Below are positions 51,501-64,000 of a stretch of DNA of 64,000 nt, one piece after another (position 1 is the stretch's first letter; each line of letters starts with the position of its first letter). A program made the translations under genes and the position numbers. Source of the DNA: Eledone cirrhosa (Eukaryota); the NCBI GenBank assembly GCA_964016885.1, contig OZ024742.1, forward strand, positions 15,314,001-15,378,000. The letters run 5' to 3'. The notes beneath the pieces are model-generated. The model worked only from the letters and a program-made list of their open reading frames with translations, did not search any database and was not told where the DNA came from.

Positions 51501-54500
51501 TCCACTCTACCAATGTAATATGTCCACTATTTCCACTCTACCAATGTAATATGTCCACTAGTTCCACTCTACCAATGTAGGATATCCACTAGTTCCACTC
51601 TACCAATGAAGGATGTCCACTAGTTCCACTCTACCAATGTAGGATGTACACTAGTTCCACTCTACCAATGTAATATGTCCACTAGTTCCACTCTACCAAT
51701 GTAATATGTCCACTAGTTCCACTCTACCAATGTAGGATGTCCACTAGTTCCACTCTACCAATGTAATATGTCCACTAGTTCCACTCTACCAATGTAGGAT
51801 GTCCACTAGTTCCACTCTACCAATGTAGGATGTCCACTAGGGCCACTCTACCAATGTAATATGTCCACTAGTTCCACTCTACCAATGTAGGATGTCCACT
51901 AGTTCCACTCTACCAATGTAATATGTCCACTAGTTCCACTCTACCAATGTAATATGTCCACTAGTTCCACTCTACCAATGTAGGATGTCCACTAGTTCCA
52001 CTCTACCAACGTAGGATATCCACTAGTTCCACTCTACCAATGTAATATGTCCACTAGTTCCACTCTACCAATGTAATATGTCCACTAGTTCCACTCTGCC
52101 AATGTAATATGTCCACTAGTTCCACTCTACCAATGTAATATGTCCACTAGTTCCACTCTATCAATGTAGGATGTCCACTAGTTCCACTCTACCAATGTAG
52201 GATGTGCACTAGTTCCACTCTACCAATGTAGGATGTCCACTAGTTCCACTCTACCAATGTAGGATGTCCACTAGTTCCACTCTTCCAATGTAATATGTCC
52301 ACTAGTTCCACTCTACCAATGTAATATGTCCACTAGTTCCACTCTACCAATGTAGGATGTCCACTAGTTCCACTCTACCAATGTAGGATGTCCACTAGTT
52401 CCACTCTACCAATGTAGGATGTCCATTAGTTCCACTCTCCCAATGTAATATGTCCTCTAGTTCCACTCTACCAATGTAATATGTCCACTAGTTCCACTCT
52501 ACCAATGTAGGATGTCCACTAGTTCCACTCTACCAATGTAATATGTCCACTAGTTCCACTCTACCAATGTAATATGTCTACTAGTTCCACTCTACCAATG
52601 TAATAAGTCCACTAGTTCCACTCTACCAATGTAGGATGTCCACTAGTTCCACTCTATCAATGTAGGATGTCCACTAGTTCTACTCCACCAATGTAGGATG
52701 TCCACTAGTTCCACTCTACCAATGTAGGATATGCACTAGTTCCACTCTACCAATGTAGGATGTCCACTAGTTCCACTCTACCAATGTAATATGTCCACTA
52801 GTTCCACTCTACCAATGTAGGATGTCCACTAGTTCCACTCTACCAATGTAGGATATCCACTAGTTCCACTCTACCAATGTAGGATGTCCACTAGTTCCAC
52901 TCTACCAATGTAGGATGTCCACTAGTTCCACTCTACCAAGGTAGGATGTCCACTAGTTCCACTCTACCAAGGTAGGATGTCCACTAGTTCCACTCTACCA
53001 ATCTAGGATGTCTACTAGTTCCACTCTACCAATGTAATATGTCCACTAGTTCCACTCTACCAATGTAGGATGTCTACTAGTTCCACTCTACCAATGTAGG
53101 ATGTCCACTAGTTCCACTCTACCAATGTAGGATATCCACTAGTTCCACTCTACCAATGTAGGATGTCCACTAGTTCCACTCTACCAATGTAGGATGTCCA
53201 CTAGTTCCACTCTACCAAGGTAGGATGTCCACTAGTTCCACTCTACCAATGTAGGATGTCCACTAGTTCCACTCTATCAATGTAGGATGTCCACTAGTTC
53301 CACTCTACCAATGTAATATGTCCACTATTTCCACTCTACCAATGTAATATGTCCACTAGTTCCACTCTACCAATGTAGGATGTCCACTAGTTCCACTCTA
53401 CCAATGTAGGATGTCCACTAGTTCCACTCTACCAATGTAGGATGTCCACTAGTTCCACTCTACCAATGTAATATGTCCACTAGTCCCACGCTACCAATGT
53501 AATATGTTCACTAGTTCCACTCTACGAATGTAATATGTCCACTAGTTCCACTCTACCAATGTAGGATGTCCACTAGTTCCACTCTACCAATGTAATATGT
53601 CCACTAGTTCCACTCTACGAATGTAATATGTCCACTAGTTCCACTCTACCAATGTAGGATGTCCACTAGTCCCACTCTACCAATGTAGGATGTCCACTAG
53701 TTCCACTCTACCAATGTAATATGTCCACTAGTTCCACTCTACCAATGTAATATGTCCACTAGTTCCACTCTACCAATGTAATATCTTCACTAGTTCCACT
53801 CTACCAATGTAATATGTCCACTAGTTCCACTCTACCAATGTAATATGTCCACTAGTTCCACTCTACCAATGTAATATGTCCACTAGTTCCACTCTACCAA
53901 TGTAATATGTTCACTAGTTCCACTCTACCAATGTAGTATGTCCACTAGTTCCACTCTACCAATGTAATATATCCACTACTTCCACTCTACCAATGTAGGA
54001 TGTCCTCTAGTTCCACTCTACGAATGTAATATGTCCACTAGTTCCACTCTACCAATGTAATATGTCCACTATTTCCACTCTACCAATGTAATATGTCCAC
54101 TAGTTCCACTCTACCAATGTAATATGTTCACTAGTTCCACTCTACCAATGTAATATTTCCACTAGTTCCACTCTACCAATGTAATATGTCCACTAGTTCC
54201 ACTCTACCAATGTAGGATGTCCACCAGTTCCACTCTACCAATGTAATATGTCCACTAGTTCCACTCTACTAATGTAATATGTCCACTAGTTCCACTCTAC
54301 CAATGTAGGATATACACTAGTTCCACTCTACCAATGTAATATGGCCACTAGTTCCACTCTACCAATGTAGGATGTCCACTAGTTCCACTCTACCAATATA
54401 ATATGTCCACTAGTTCCACTCTACCAATGTAGGATGTCCACTAGTTCCACTCTACCAATGTAATATGTCCACTAGTTCCACTCTACCAATGTAGCATGTC

Positions 54501-57500
54501 CAATAGTTCCACTCTACCAATGTAGCATGTCCAATAGTTCCACTCTACCAATATAATATGTCCACTAGTTCCACTCTACCAATGTAGGATGTCCACTAGT
54601 TCCACTCTACCAATGTAATATGTCCACTAGTTCCACTCTACTAATGTAATATGTCCACTAGTTCCACTCTACCAATGTAGGATATACACTAGTTCCACTC
54701 TACTAATGTAATATGTCCACTAGTTCCACTCTAGCAATGTAGGATGTCCACTAGTTCCACTCTACCAATGTAGGATGTCCACTAGTTCCACTGTACCAAT
54801 GTAATATGTACACTAGTTCCACTATACCAATGTAGGATGTCCACTAGTTCCACTCTACCAATGTAATATGTCCACTAGTTCCACTCTACCAATGTAATAT
54901 GTCCATTAGTTCCACTCTACCAATGTAATATGTTCACTAGTTCCACTCTATCAATGTAATATGTCCACTAGTTCCACTCTACCAATGTAATATGTCTACT
55001 AGTTCCACTATACCAATGTAGGATGTCCACTAGTTCCACTATACCAATGTAGGATGTACACTAATTCCACTCTACCAATGTAATATGTCCACTAGTTCCA
55101 CTCTACCAATGTAAGATGTCCACTAGTTCCACTCTACCAATGCAGGATTTCCGCTAGTTCCAATCTACCAATGTAATATATCCACTAGTTCCACTCTACC
55201 AATGTAGGATATGCACTAGTTCCACTCTACCAATGTAATATGTCCACTAGTTCCACTCTATCAATGTAATATGTCCACTAGTTCCACTCTACCAATGTAA
55301 TATGTCCACTAGTTCCACTCTACCAATGTTGTATATCCACTAGTTCCACTCTACCAATGTAGGATGTCCACTAGTTCCACTCTACCAATGTAGGATGTCC
55401 ACTAGTTCCACTCTACCAATGTAGGATGTCCACTAGTTCCACTCTACCAATGTAATATGTCCACTAGTTCCACTCTATCAATGTAATATGTCCACTAGTT
55501 CCACTCTACCAATGTAATATGTCCACTAGTTCCACTCTACCAATGTAGGATGTCCACTAGTTCCACTCTACCAATGTAGGATGTCCACTAGTTCCACTCT
55601 ACCATTGTAGGATGTACACTAGTTCCACTCTACCAATGTAATATGTCCACTAGTTCCACTCTACCAATGTAACATGTCCACTAGTTCCACGCTACCAATG
55701 TAGGATGTCCACTAGTTCCACTCTACCAATGTAATATGTCCACTAGTTCCACTCTACCAATGTAATATGTCCACTAGTTCCACTCTACCAATGTAGGATA
55801 TCCACTAGTTCCACTCTACCAATGTAATATGTCCACTAGTTCCACTCTACCAATGTAGGATGTCCACTAGTTCCACTCTACCAATGTAATATGTCCACTA
55901 GTTCCACTCTACCAATGTAATATCTCCACTAGTTCCACTCTACCAATGTAGGATGTCCACTAGTTCCACTCTACCAATGTAGGATGTCCACTAGTTCCAC
56001 TCCACCAATGTAATATGTCCACTAGTTCCACTCTACCAATGTAATATGTTCACTAGTTCCACTCTACCAATGTAATATGTCCACTAGTTCCACTCTACCA
56101 ATGTAGGATGTCCACTAGTTCCACTCTACCAATGCAATATGTCCACTAGCTCCACTCTACCAATGTAATATGTCCACTAGTTCCACTCTACCAATGTAGG
56201 ATGTACACTAGTTCCACTCTACCAATGTAGGATGTCCACTAGTTCCACACTACCAATGTAATATGTCCACTAATTCCACTCTACCAATGTAATATGTCCA
56301 CTAGTTCCACTCTACCAATGTAATATGTTCACTAGTTCCACTCTACCAATGTAATATGTCCCCTAGTTCCACTCTACCAATGTAATATGTCCACTAGTTC
56401 CACTCTACCAACGTAATATGTTCACTTGTTCCACTCTACCAATGTAATATGTCCACTAGTTCCACCCTACCAATGTAGTATGTCCACTAGTTCCACTCTA
56501 CCAATGTAATATGTCCACTAGTTGCACTCTACCAATGTAGTATGTCCACTAGTTCCACTCTACCAATGTAATATGTACACTAGTTCCACTCTACCAATGT
56601 AATATGTCCACTAGTTCCACTCTACCAATGTAATATGTCCACTAGTTCCAATCTACCAATGTAATATGTTCACTAGTTCCTCTACCAATGTAATATGTCC
56701 ACTAGTTCCACTCTACCAATGTAATATGTACACTAGTTCCACTCTACCAATGTAGGATGTCCACTAGTTCCACTCTACCAATGTAATATGTCCACTAGTT
56801 CCACTCTACCAATGTATGATGTCCACTTGTTCCAATCTACCAATGTAATATATCAACTACTTCCACTCTACCAATGTAGGATGTCCACTAGTTCCACTCT
56901 ACCAATGTAGGATGTCCACTAGTTCCACTCTACCAATGTAGGATGTCCACTAGTTCCACTCTACCAATGTAATATGTCCACTAGTTCCACGCTACCAATG
57001 TAATATGTCCACTAGTTCCACTCTACAGATGTAATATTTCCACTAGTTCCACTCTACCAATGTAAGATGTCCACTAGTTCCACTCTACCAATGTAGGATG
57101 TCCACTAGTTCCACTCTACCAATGTAGGATGTCCACTAGTTCCACTCTACCAATGTAGGATGTCCACTAGTTCCACTCTACCAATGTAATATGTCCACTA
57201 GTTCCACTCTATCTATGTAATATGTCCACTAGTTCCACTCTACCAATGTAATATGTCCACTAGTTCCACTCTACCAATGTAATATGTCCACTAGTTCCAC
57301 TCTACCAATGTAATATGTCCACTAGTTCCACTCTACCAATGTAATATGTCCACTAGTTCCACTCTACCAATGTAGGATGTCCACTAGTTCCACTCTACCA
57401 ATGTAGGATGTCCACTAGTTCCACTCTACCAATGTAGGATGTCCACTAGTTCCACTCTACCAATGTAATATGTCCACTATTTCCACTCTGCCAATGTAAT

Positions 57501-60500
57501 ATGTCCACTAGTTCCACTCTACCAATGTAGGATGTCCACTAGTTCCACTCTACCAATGTAGGATGTCCACTAGTTCCACTCTACCAATGTAGGATGTCCA
57601 CTAGTTCCACTCTACCAATGTAGGATGTCCACTAGTTCCACTCTACCAATGTAATATGTCCACTAGTTCCACTCTACCAATGTAGGATGTCCACTAGGTC
57701 CACTCTACCAATGCAATATGTCCACTAGTTCCACTCTACCAATGTAGGATGTCCACTAGTTCCACTCTACCAATGTAATATGTCCACTAGTTCCACTCTA
57801 CCAATGTAATATGTCCACTAGTTCCACTCTACCAACGTAATATATCCACTAGTTCCACTCTACCAATGTAATATGTCCACTAGTTCCACTCTACCAATGT
57901 AGGATGTCCACTAGTTCCACTGTACCAATGTAATATGTCCACTAGTTCCACTCTACCAATGTAGGATATCCACTAGTTCCACTCTACCAATGTAATATGT
58001 CCACTAGTTCCACTCTACCAATGTAGGATATCCACTAGTTCCACTCTACCAATGTAATATGTCCACTAGTTCCACTCTACCAATGTAGGATGTCCACTAG
58101 TTCCACTCTACCAATGTAATATGTCCACTAGTTCCACTCTACCAATGTAATATGTCCACTAGTTCCACTCTACCAATGTAGGATGTCCACTAGTTCCACT
58201 CTACCAATGTAGGATGTCCACTAGTTCCACTCTACCAATGTAATATGTCCACTAGTTCCACTCTATCAATGTAGGATCTCCACTAGTTCCACTCTACCAA
58301 TTTAATATGTCCTCTAGTTCCACTCTACCAATGTAGGATGTCCACTAGTTCCACTCTACCAATGTAGGATGTCCACTAGTTCCACTCTACCAATGTAATA
58401 TGTCAACTAGTTCCACTCTACCAATGTAATATGTTCACTAGTTCCACTCTACCAATGTAATATGTCCCCTAGTTCCACTCTACCAATGTAATATGTCCAC
58501 TAGTTCCACTCTACCAACGTAATATGTTCACTTGTTTCACTCTACCAATGTAATATGTCCACTAGTTCCACCCTACCAATGTAGTATGTCCACTAGTTCC
58601 ACTCTACCAATGTAATATGTCCACTAGTTCCACTCTACCAATGTAGTATGTCCACTAGTTCCACTCTACCAATGTAATATGTACACTAGTTCCACTCTAC
58701 CAATGTAATATGTCCACTAGTTCCACTCTACCAATGTAATATGTCCACTAGTTCCACGCTACCAATGTAATATGTTCACTAGTTCCACTCTACCAATGTA
58801 ATATGTCCACTAGTTCCACTCTACCAATGTAGGATGTCCACTAGTTCCACTCTACCAATGTAATATGTCCACTAGTTCCACTCTACCAATGTAGGTTGTC
58901 CACTAGTTCCACTCTACCAATGTAATATGTCCACTAGTTCCACTCTACTAATGTAATATGTCCACTAGTTCCACTCTACCAATGTAGGATGTCCACTAGT
59001 TCCACTCTACCAATGTAGGATGTACACTAGTTCCACTCTACCAATGTAATATGTCCACTAGTTCCACTCTACCAATGTAGTATGTCCACTAGTTCCACTC
59101 TACCAATGTAATATGTCCACTAGTTCCACTCTACCAATGTAATATGTCAACTAGTTCCACTCTACCAATGTAGTATGTCCACTAGTTTTACTCTACCAAT
59201 GTAATATGTACACTAGTTCCACTCTACCAATGTAATACGTCCACTAGTTCCACTCTACCAATGTAATATGTTCACTAGTTCCACTCTACCAATGTAATAT
59301 GTCTACTAGTTCCACTCTACCAATGTAATATGTCCACTAGTTCCACTCTACCAATGTAATATGTACACTAGTTCCACTATACCAATGTAGGATGTCCACT
59401 AATTCCACTCTACCAATGTAATATGTCCACTAGTTCCACTCTACCAATGTAAGATGTCCTCTAGTTCCACTCTACCAATGTAGGATGTCCACTAGTTCCA
59501 CTCTACCAATGTAGGATGTCCACTAGTTCCACTCTACCAATGTAGGATGTCCACTAGTTCCACTCTACCAATGTAATATGTCCACTAGTTCCACTCTATC
59601 TATGTAATATGTCCACTAGTTCCACTCTACCAATGTAATATGTCCACTAGTTCCACTCTACCAATGTAGGATGTCCACTAGTTCCACTCTACCAATGTAA
59701 TATGTCCACTAGTTCCACTCTACCAATGTAATATGTCCACTAGTTCCTCTACCAATGTAATATGTTCACTAGTTCCACTCTACCAATGTAATATGTCCCC
59801 TAGTTCCACTCTACCAATGTAATATGTCCACTAGTCCCACGCTACCAATGTAATATGTTCACTAGTTCCACTCTACCAATGTAATATGTCCACTAGTTCC
59901 ATTCTACCAATGTAGGATGTCCACTAGTTCCACTCTACCAATGTAATATGTCCACTAGTTCCACTCTACCAATGTAGGTTGTCCACTAGTTCCACTCTAC
60001 CAATGTAATATGTCCACTAGTTCCACTCTACTAATGTAATATGTCCACTAGTTCCACTCTACCAATGTAGGATGTCCACTAGTTCCACTCTACCAATGTA
60101 GGATGTACACTAGTTCCACTCTACCAATGTAATATGTCCACTAGTTCCACTCTACCAATGTAGTATGTCCACTAGTTCCACTCTACCAATGTAATATGTC
60201 CACTAGTTCCACTCTACCAATGTAATATGTCAACTAGTTCCACTCTACCAATGTAGTATGTCCACTAGTTTTACTCTACCAATGTAATATGTACACTAGT
60301 TCCACTCTACCAATGTAATACGTCCACTAGTTCCACTCTACCAATGTAATATGTTCACTAGTTCCACTCTACCAATGTAATATGTCTACTAGTTCCACTC
60401 TACCAATGTAATATGTCCACTAGTTCCACTCTACCAATGTAATATGTACACTAGTTCCACTATACCAATGTAGGATGTCCACTAATTCCACTCTACCAAT

Positions 60501-63500
60501 GTAATATGTCCACTAGTTCCACTCTACCAATGTAAGATGTCCACTAGTTCCACTCTACCAATGTAGGATGTCCACTAGTTCCACTCTACCAATGTAGGAT
60601 GTCCACTAGTTCCACTCTACCAATGTAGGATGTCCACTAGTTCCACTCTACCAATGTAATATGTCCACTAGTTCCACTCTATCTATGTAATATGTCCACT
60701 AGTTCCACTCTACCAATGTAATATGTCCACTAGTTCCACTCTACCAATGTAGGATGTCCACTAGTTCCACTCTACCAATGTAATATGTCCACTAGTTCCA
60801 CTCTACCAATGTAATATGTCCACTAGTTCCACTCTACCAATGTAGGATGTCCACTAGTTCCACTCTACCAATGTAGGATGTCCACTAGTTCCACTCTACC
60901 AATGTAGGATGTCCACTAGTTCCACTCTACCAATGTAATATGTCCACTATTTCCACTCTACCAATGTAATATGTCCACTAGTTCCACTCTACCAATGTAG
61001 GATGTCCACTAGTTCCACTCTACCAATGTAGGATGTCCACTAGTTCCACTCTACCAATGTAGGATGTCCACTAGTTCCACTCTACCAATGTAGGATGTCC
61101 ACTAGTTCCACTCTACCAACGTAATATGTCCACTAGTTCCACTCTACCAATGTAGGATGTCCACTAGTTCCACTCTACCAATGCAATATGTCCACTAGTT
61201 CCACTCTACCAATGTAGGATGTCCACTAGTTCCACTCTACCAATGTAATATGTCCACTAGTTCCACTCTACCAATGTAATATGTCCACTAGTTCCACTCT
61301 ACCAACGTAATATATCCACTAGTTCCACTCTACCAATGTAATATGTCCACTAGTTCCACTCTACCAATGTAGGATGTCCACTAGTTCCACTGTACCAATG
61401 TAATATGTCCACTAGTTCCACTCTACCAATGTAGGATATCCACTAGTTCCACTCTACCAATGTAATATGTCCACTAGTTCCACTCTACCAATGTAGGATA
61501 TCCACTAGTTCCACTCTACCAATGTAATATGTCCACTAGTTCCACTCTACCAATGTAGGATGTCCACTAGTTCCACTCTACCAATGTAATATGTCCACTA
61601 GTTCCACTCTACCAATGTAATATGTCCACTAGTTCCACTCTACCAATGTAATATGTTCACTAGTTCCACTCTACCAATGTAATATGTCCCCTAGTTCCAC
61701 TCTACCAATGTAATATGTCCACTAGTTCCACTCTACCAACGTAATATGTTCACTTGTTTCACTCTACCAATGTAATATGTCCACTAGTTCCACCCTACCA
61801 ATGTAGTATGTCCACTAGTTCCACTCTACCAATGTAATATGTCCACTAGTTCCACTCTACCAATGTAGTATGTCCACTAGTTCCACTCTACCAATGTAAT
61901 ATGTACACTAGTTCCACTCTACCAATGTAATATGTCCACTAGTTCCACTCTACCAATGTAATATGTCCACTAGTTCCAATCTACCAATGTAATATGTCCA
62001 CTAGTCCCACGCTACCAATGTAATATGTTCACTAGTTCCACTCTACCAATGTAATATGTCCACTAGTTCCACTCTACCAATCTAGGATGTCCACTAGTTC
62101 CACTCTACCAATGTAATATGTCCACTAGTTCCACTCTACGAATGTAATATGTCCACTAGTTCCACTCTACCAATGTAGGATGTCCACTAGTCCCACTCTA
62201 CCAATGTAGGGTGTCCACTAGTTCCACTCTACCAATGTAATATGTCCACTAGTTCCACTCTACCAATGTAGTATGTCCACTAGTTTTACTCTACCAATGT
62301 AATATGTACACTAGTTCCACTCTACCAATGTAATATGTCCACTAGTTCCACTCTACCAATGTAATATGTTCACTAGTTCCACTCTACCAATGTAATATGT
62401 CTACTAGTTCCACTCTACCAATGTAATATGTCCACTAGTTCCACTCTACCAATGTAATATGTACACTAGTTCCACTATACCAATGTAGGATGTCCACTAA
62501 TTCCACTCTATCAATGTAATATGTCCACTAGTTCCACTCTACCAATGTAGGATGTCCACTAGTTCCACTCTACCAATGTAGGATGTCCACTAGTTCCACT
62601 CTACCAATGTAGGATGTCCACTAGTTCCACTCTACCAATGTAGGATGTCCACTAGTTCCACTCTACCAATGTAATATGTCCACTAGTTCCACTCTATCTA
62701 TGTAATATGTCCACTAGTTCCACTCTACCAATGTAATATGTCCACTAGTTCCACTCTACCAATGTAGGATGTCCACTAGTTCCACTCTACCAATGTAATA
62801 TGTCCACTTGTTCCACTCTACCAATGTAATATGTCCACTAGTTCCACTCTACCAATGTAATATGTCCACTAGTTCCACTCTACCAATGTAGGATGTCCAC
62901 TAGTTCCACTCTACCAATGTAGGATGTCCACTAGTTCCACTCTACCAATGTAGGATGTCCACTAGTTCCACTCTACCAATGTAATATGTCCACTATTTCC
63001 ACTCTACCAATGTAATATGTCCACTAGTTCCACTCTACCAATGTAGGATGTCCACTAGTTCCACTCTACCAATGTAGGATGTCCACTAGTTCCACTCTAC
63101 CAATGTAGGATGTCCACTAGTTCCACTCTACCAATGTAGGATGTCCACTAGATCCACTCTACCAATGTAATATGTCCACTAGTTCCACTCTACCAATGTA
63201 GGATGTCCACTAGTTCCACTCTACCAATGCAATATGTCCACTAGTTCCACTCTACCAATGTAGGATGTCCACTAGTTCCACTCTACCAATGTAATATGTC
63301 CACTAGTTCCACTCTACCAATGTAATATGTCCACTAGTTCCACTCTACCAATGTAATATGTCCACTAGTTCCACTCTACCAACGTAATATATCCACTAGT
63401 TCCACTCTACCAATGTAATATGTCCACTAGTTCCACTCTACCAATGTAGGATGTCCACTAGTTCCACTGTACCAATGTAATATGTCCACTAGTTCCACTC

Positions 63501-64000
63501 TACCAATGTAGGATATCCACTAGTTCCACTCTACCAATGTAATATGTCCACTAGTTCCACTCTACCAATGTAGGATATCCACTAGTTCCACTCTACCAAT
63601 GTAATATGTCCACTAGTTCCACTCTACCAATGTAGGATGTCCACTAGTTCCACTCTACCAATGTAATATGTCCACTAGTTCCACTCTACCAATGTAATAT
63701 GTCCACTAGTTCCACTCTACCAATGTAGGATGTCCACTAGTTCCACTCTACCAATGTAGGATGTCCACTAGTTCCACTCTACCAATGTAATATGTCCACT
63801 AGTTCCACTCTACCAATGTAGGATCTCCACTAGTTCCACTCTACCAATTTAATATGTCCACTAGTTCCACTCTACCAATGTAGGATGTCCACTAGTTCCA
63901 CTCTACCAATGTAGGATGTCCACTAGTTCCACTCTACCAATGTAATATGTCAACTAGTTCCACTCTACCAATGTAATATGTTCACTAGTTCCACTCTACC
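21506..64000. repeat. 31-bp satellite DNA array, at least 42.5 kb, about 1,370 monomers, running off the window end
   Basis: Monomer CCACTCTACCAATGTA(GG|AT)ATGTCCACTAGTT; the phase shifts by -2 per 60-base line as expected for period 31; no interruption by other sequence was seen. Confidence 0.99.

Noticed and set aside
21506-64000. CRISPR array (31-bp repeat with an internal palindrome)
   Set aside because: The repeats are contiguous with no unique spacers, there are no cas genes, and the context is eukaryotic.
21506-64000. Repeat-encoded protein
   Set aside because: Period 31 shifts the frame each unit, and TAG/TAA stops occur in every monomer on both strands, so every frame closes within about three units; the ORF track is empty here.

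Overview
AT-rich eukaryotic, non-coding DNA; the repeat landscape is most like a cephalopod (Octopus-like) genome, which is an inference from recalled SINE families. Bases 1-21.5 kb are a mosaic of microsatellites, at least three tRNA-derived SINE families, RTE-like 3' tails, TTAA- and TA-flanked non-autonomous DNA transposons, decayed LINE fragments and hairpin elements. One hairpin carries a near-canonical type I hammerhead ribozyme core on the minus strand (16198-16286). From 21506 to the window end runs one uninterrupted 31-bp satellite (CCACTCTACCAATGTA[GG/AT]ATGTCCACTAGTT, about 1,370 copies). It has two dominant monomer types and nested multi-kb higher-order duplications (3779, 4867, 7346, 1083, 650 and 279 bp) whose order can be partly read from rare variants. 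No intact protein-coding gene, RNA gene or CRISPR array is supported. All coordinates were read by eye; element edges are approximate unless defined by TIRs.
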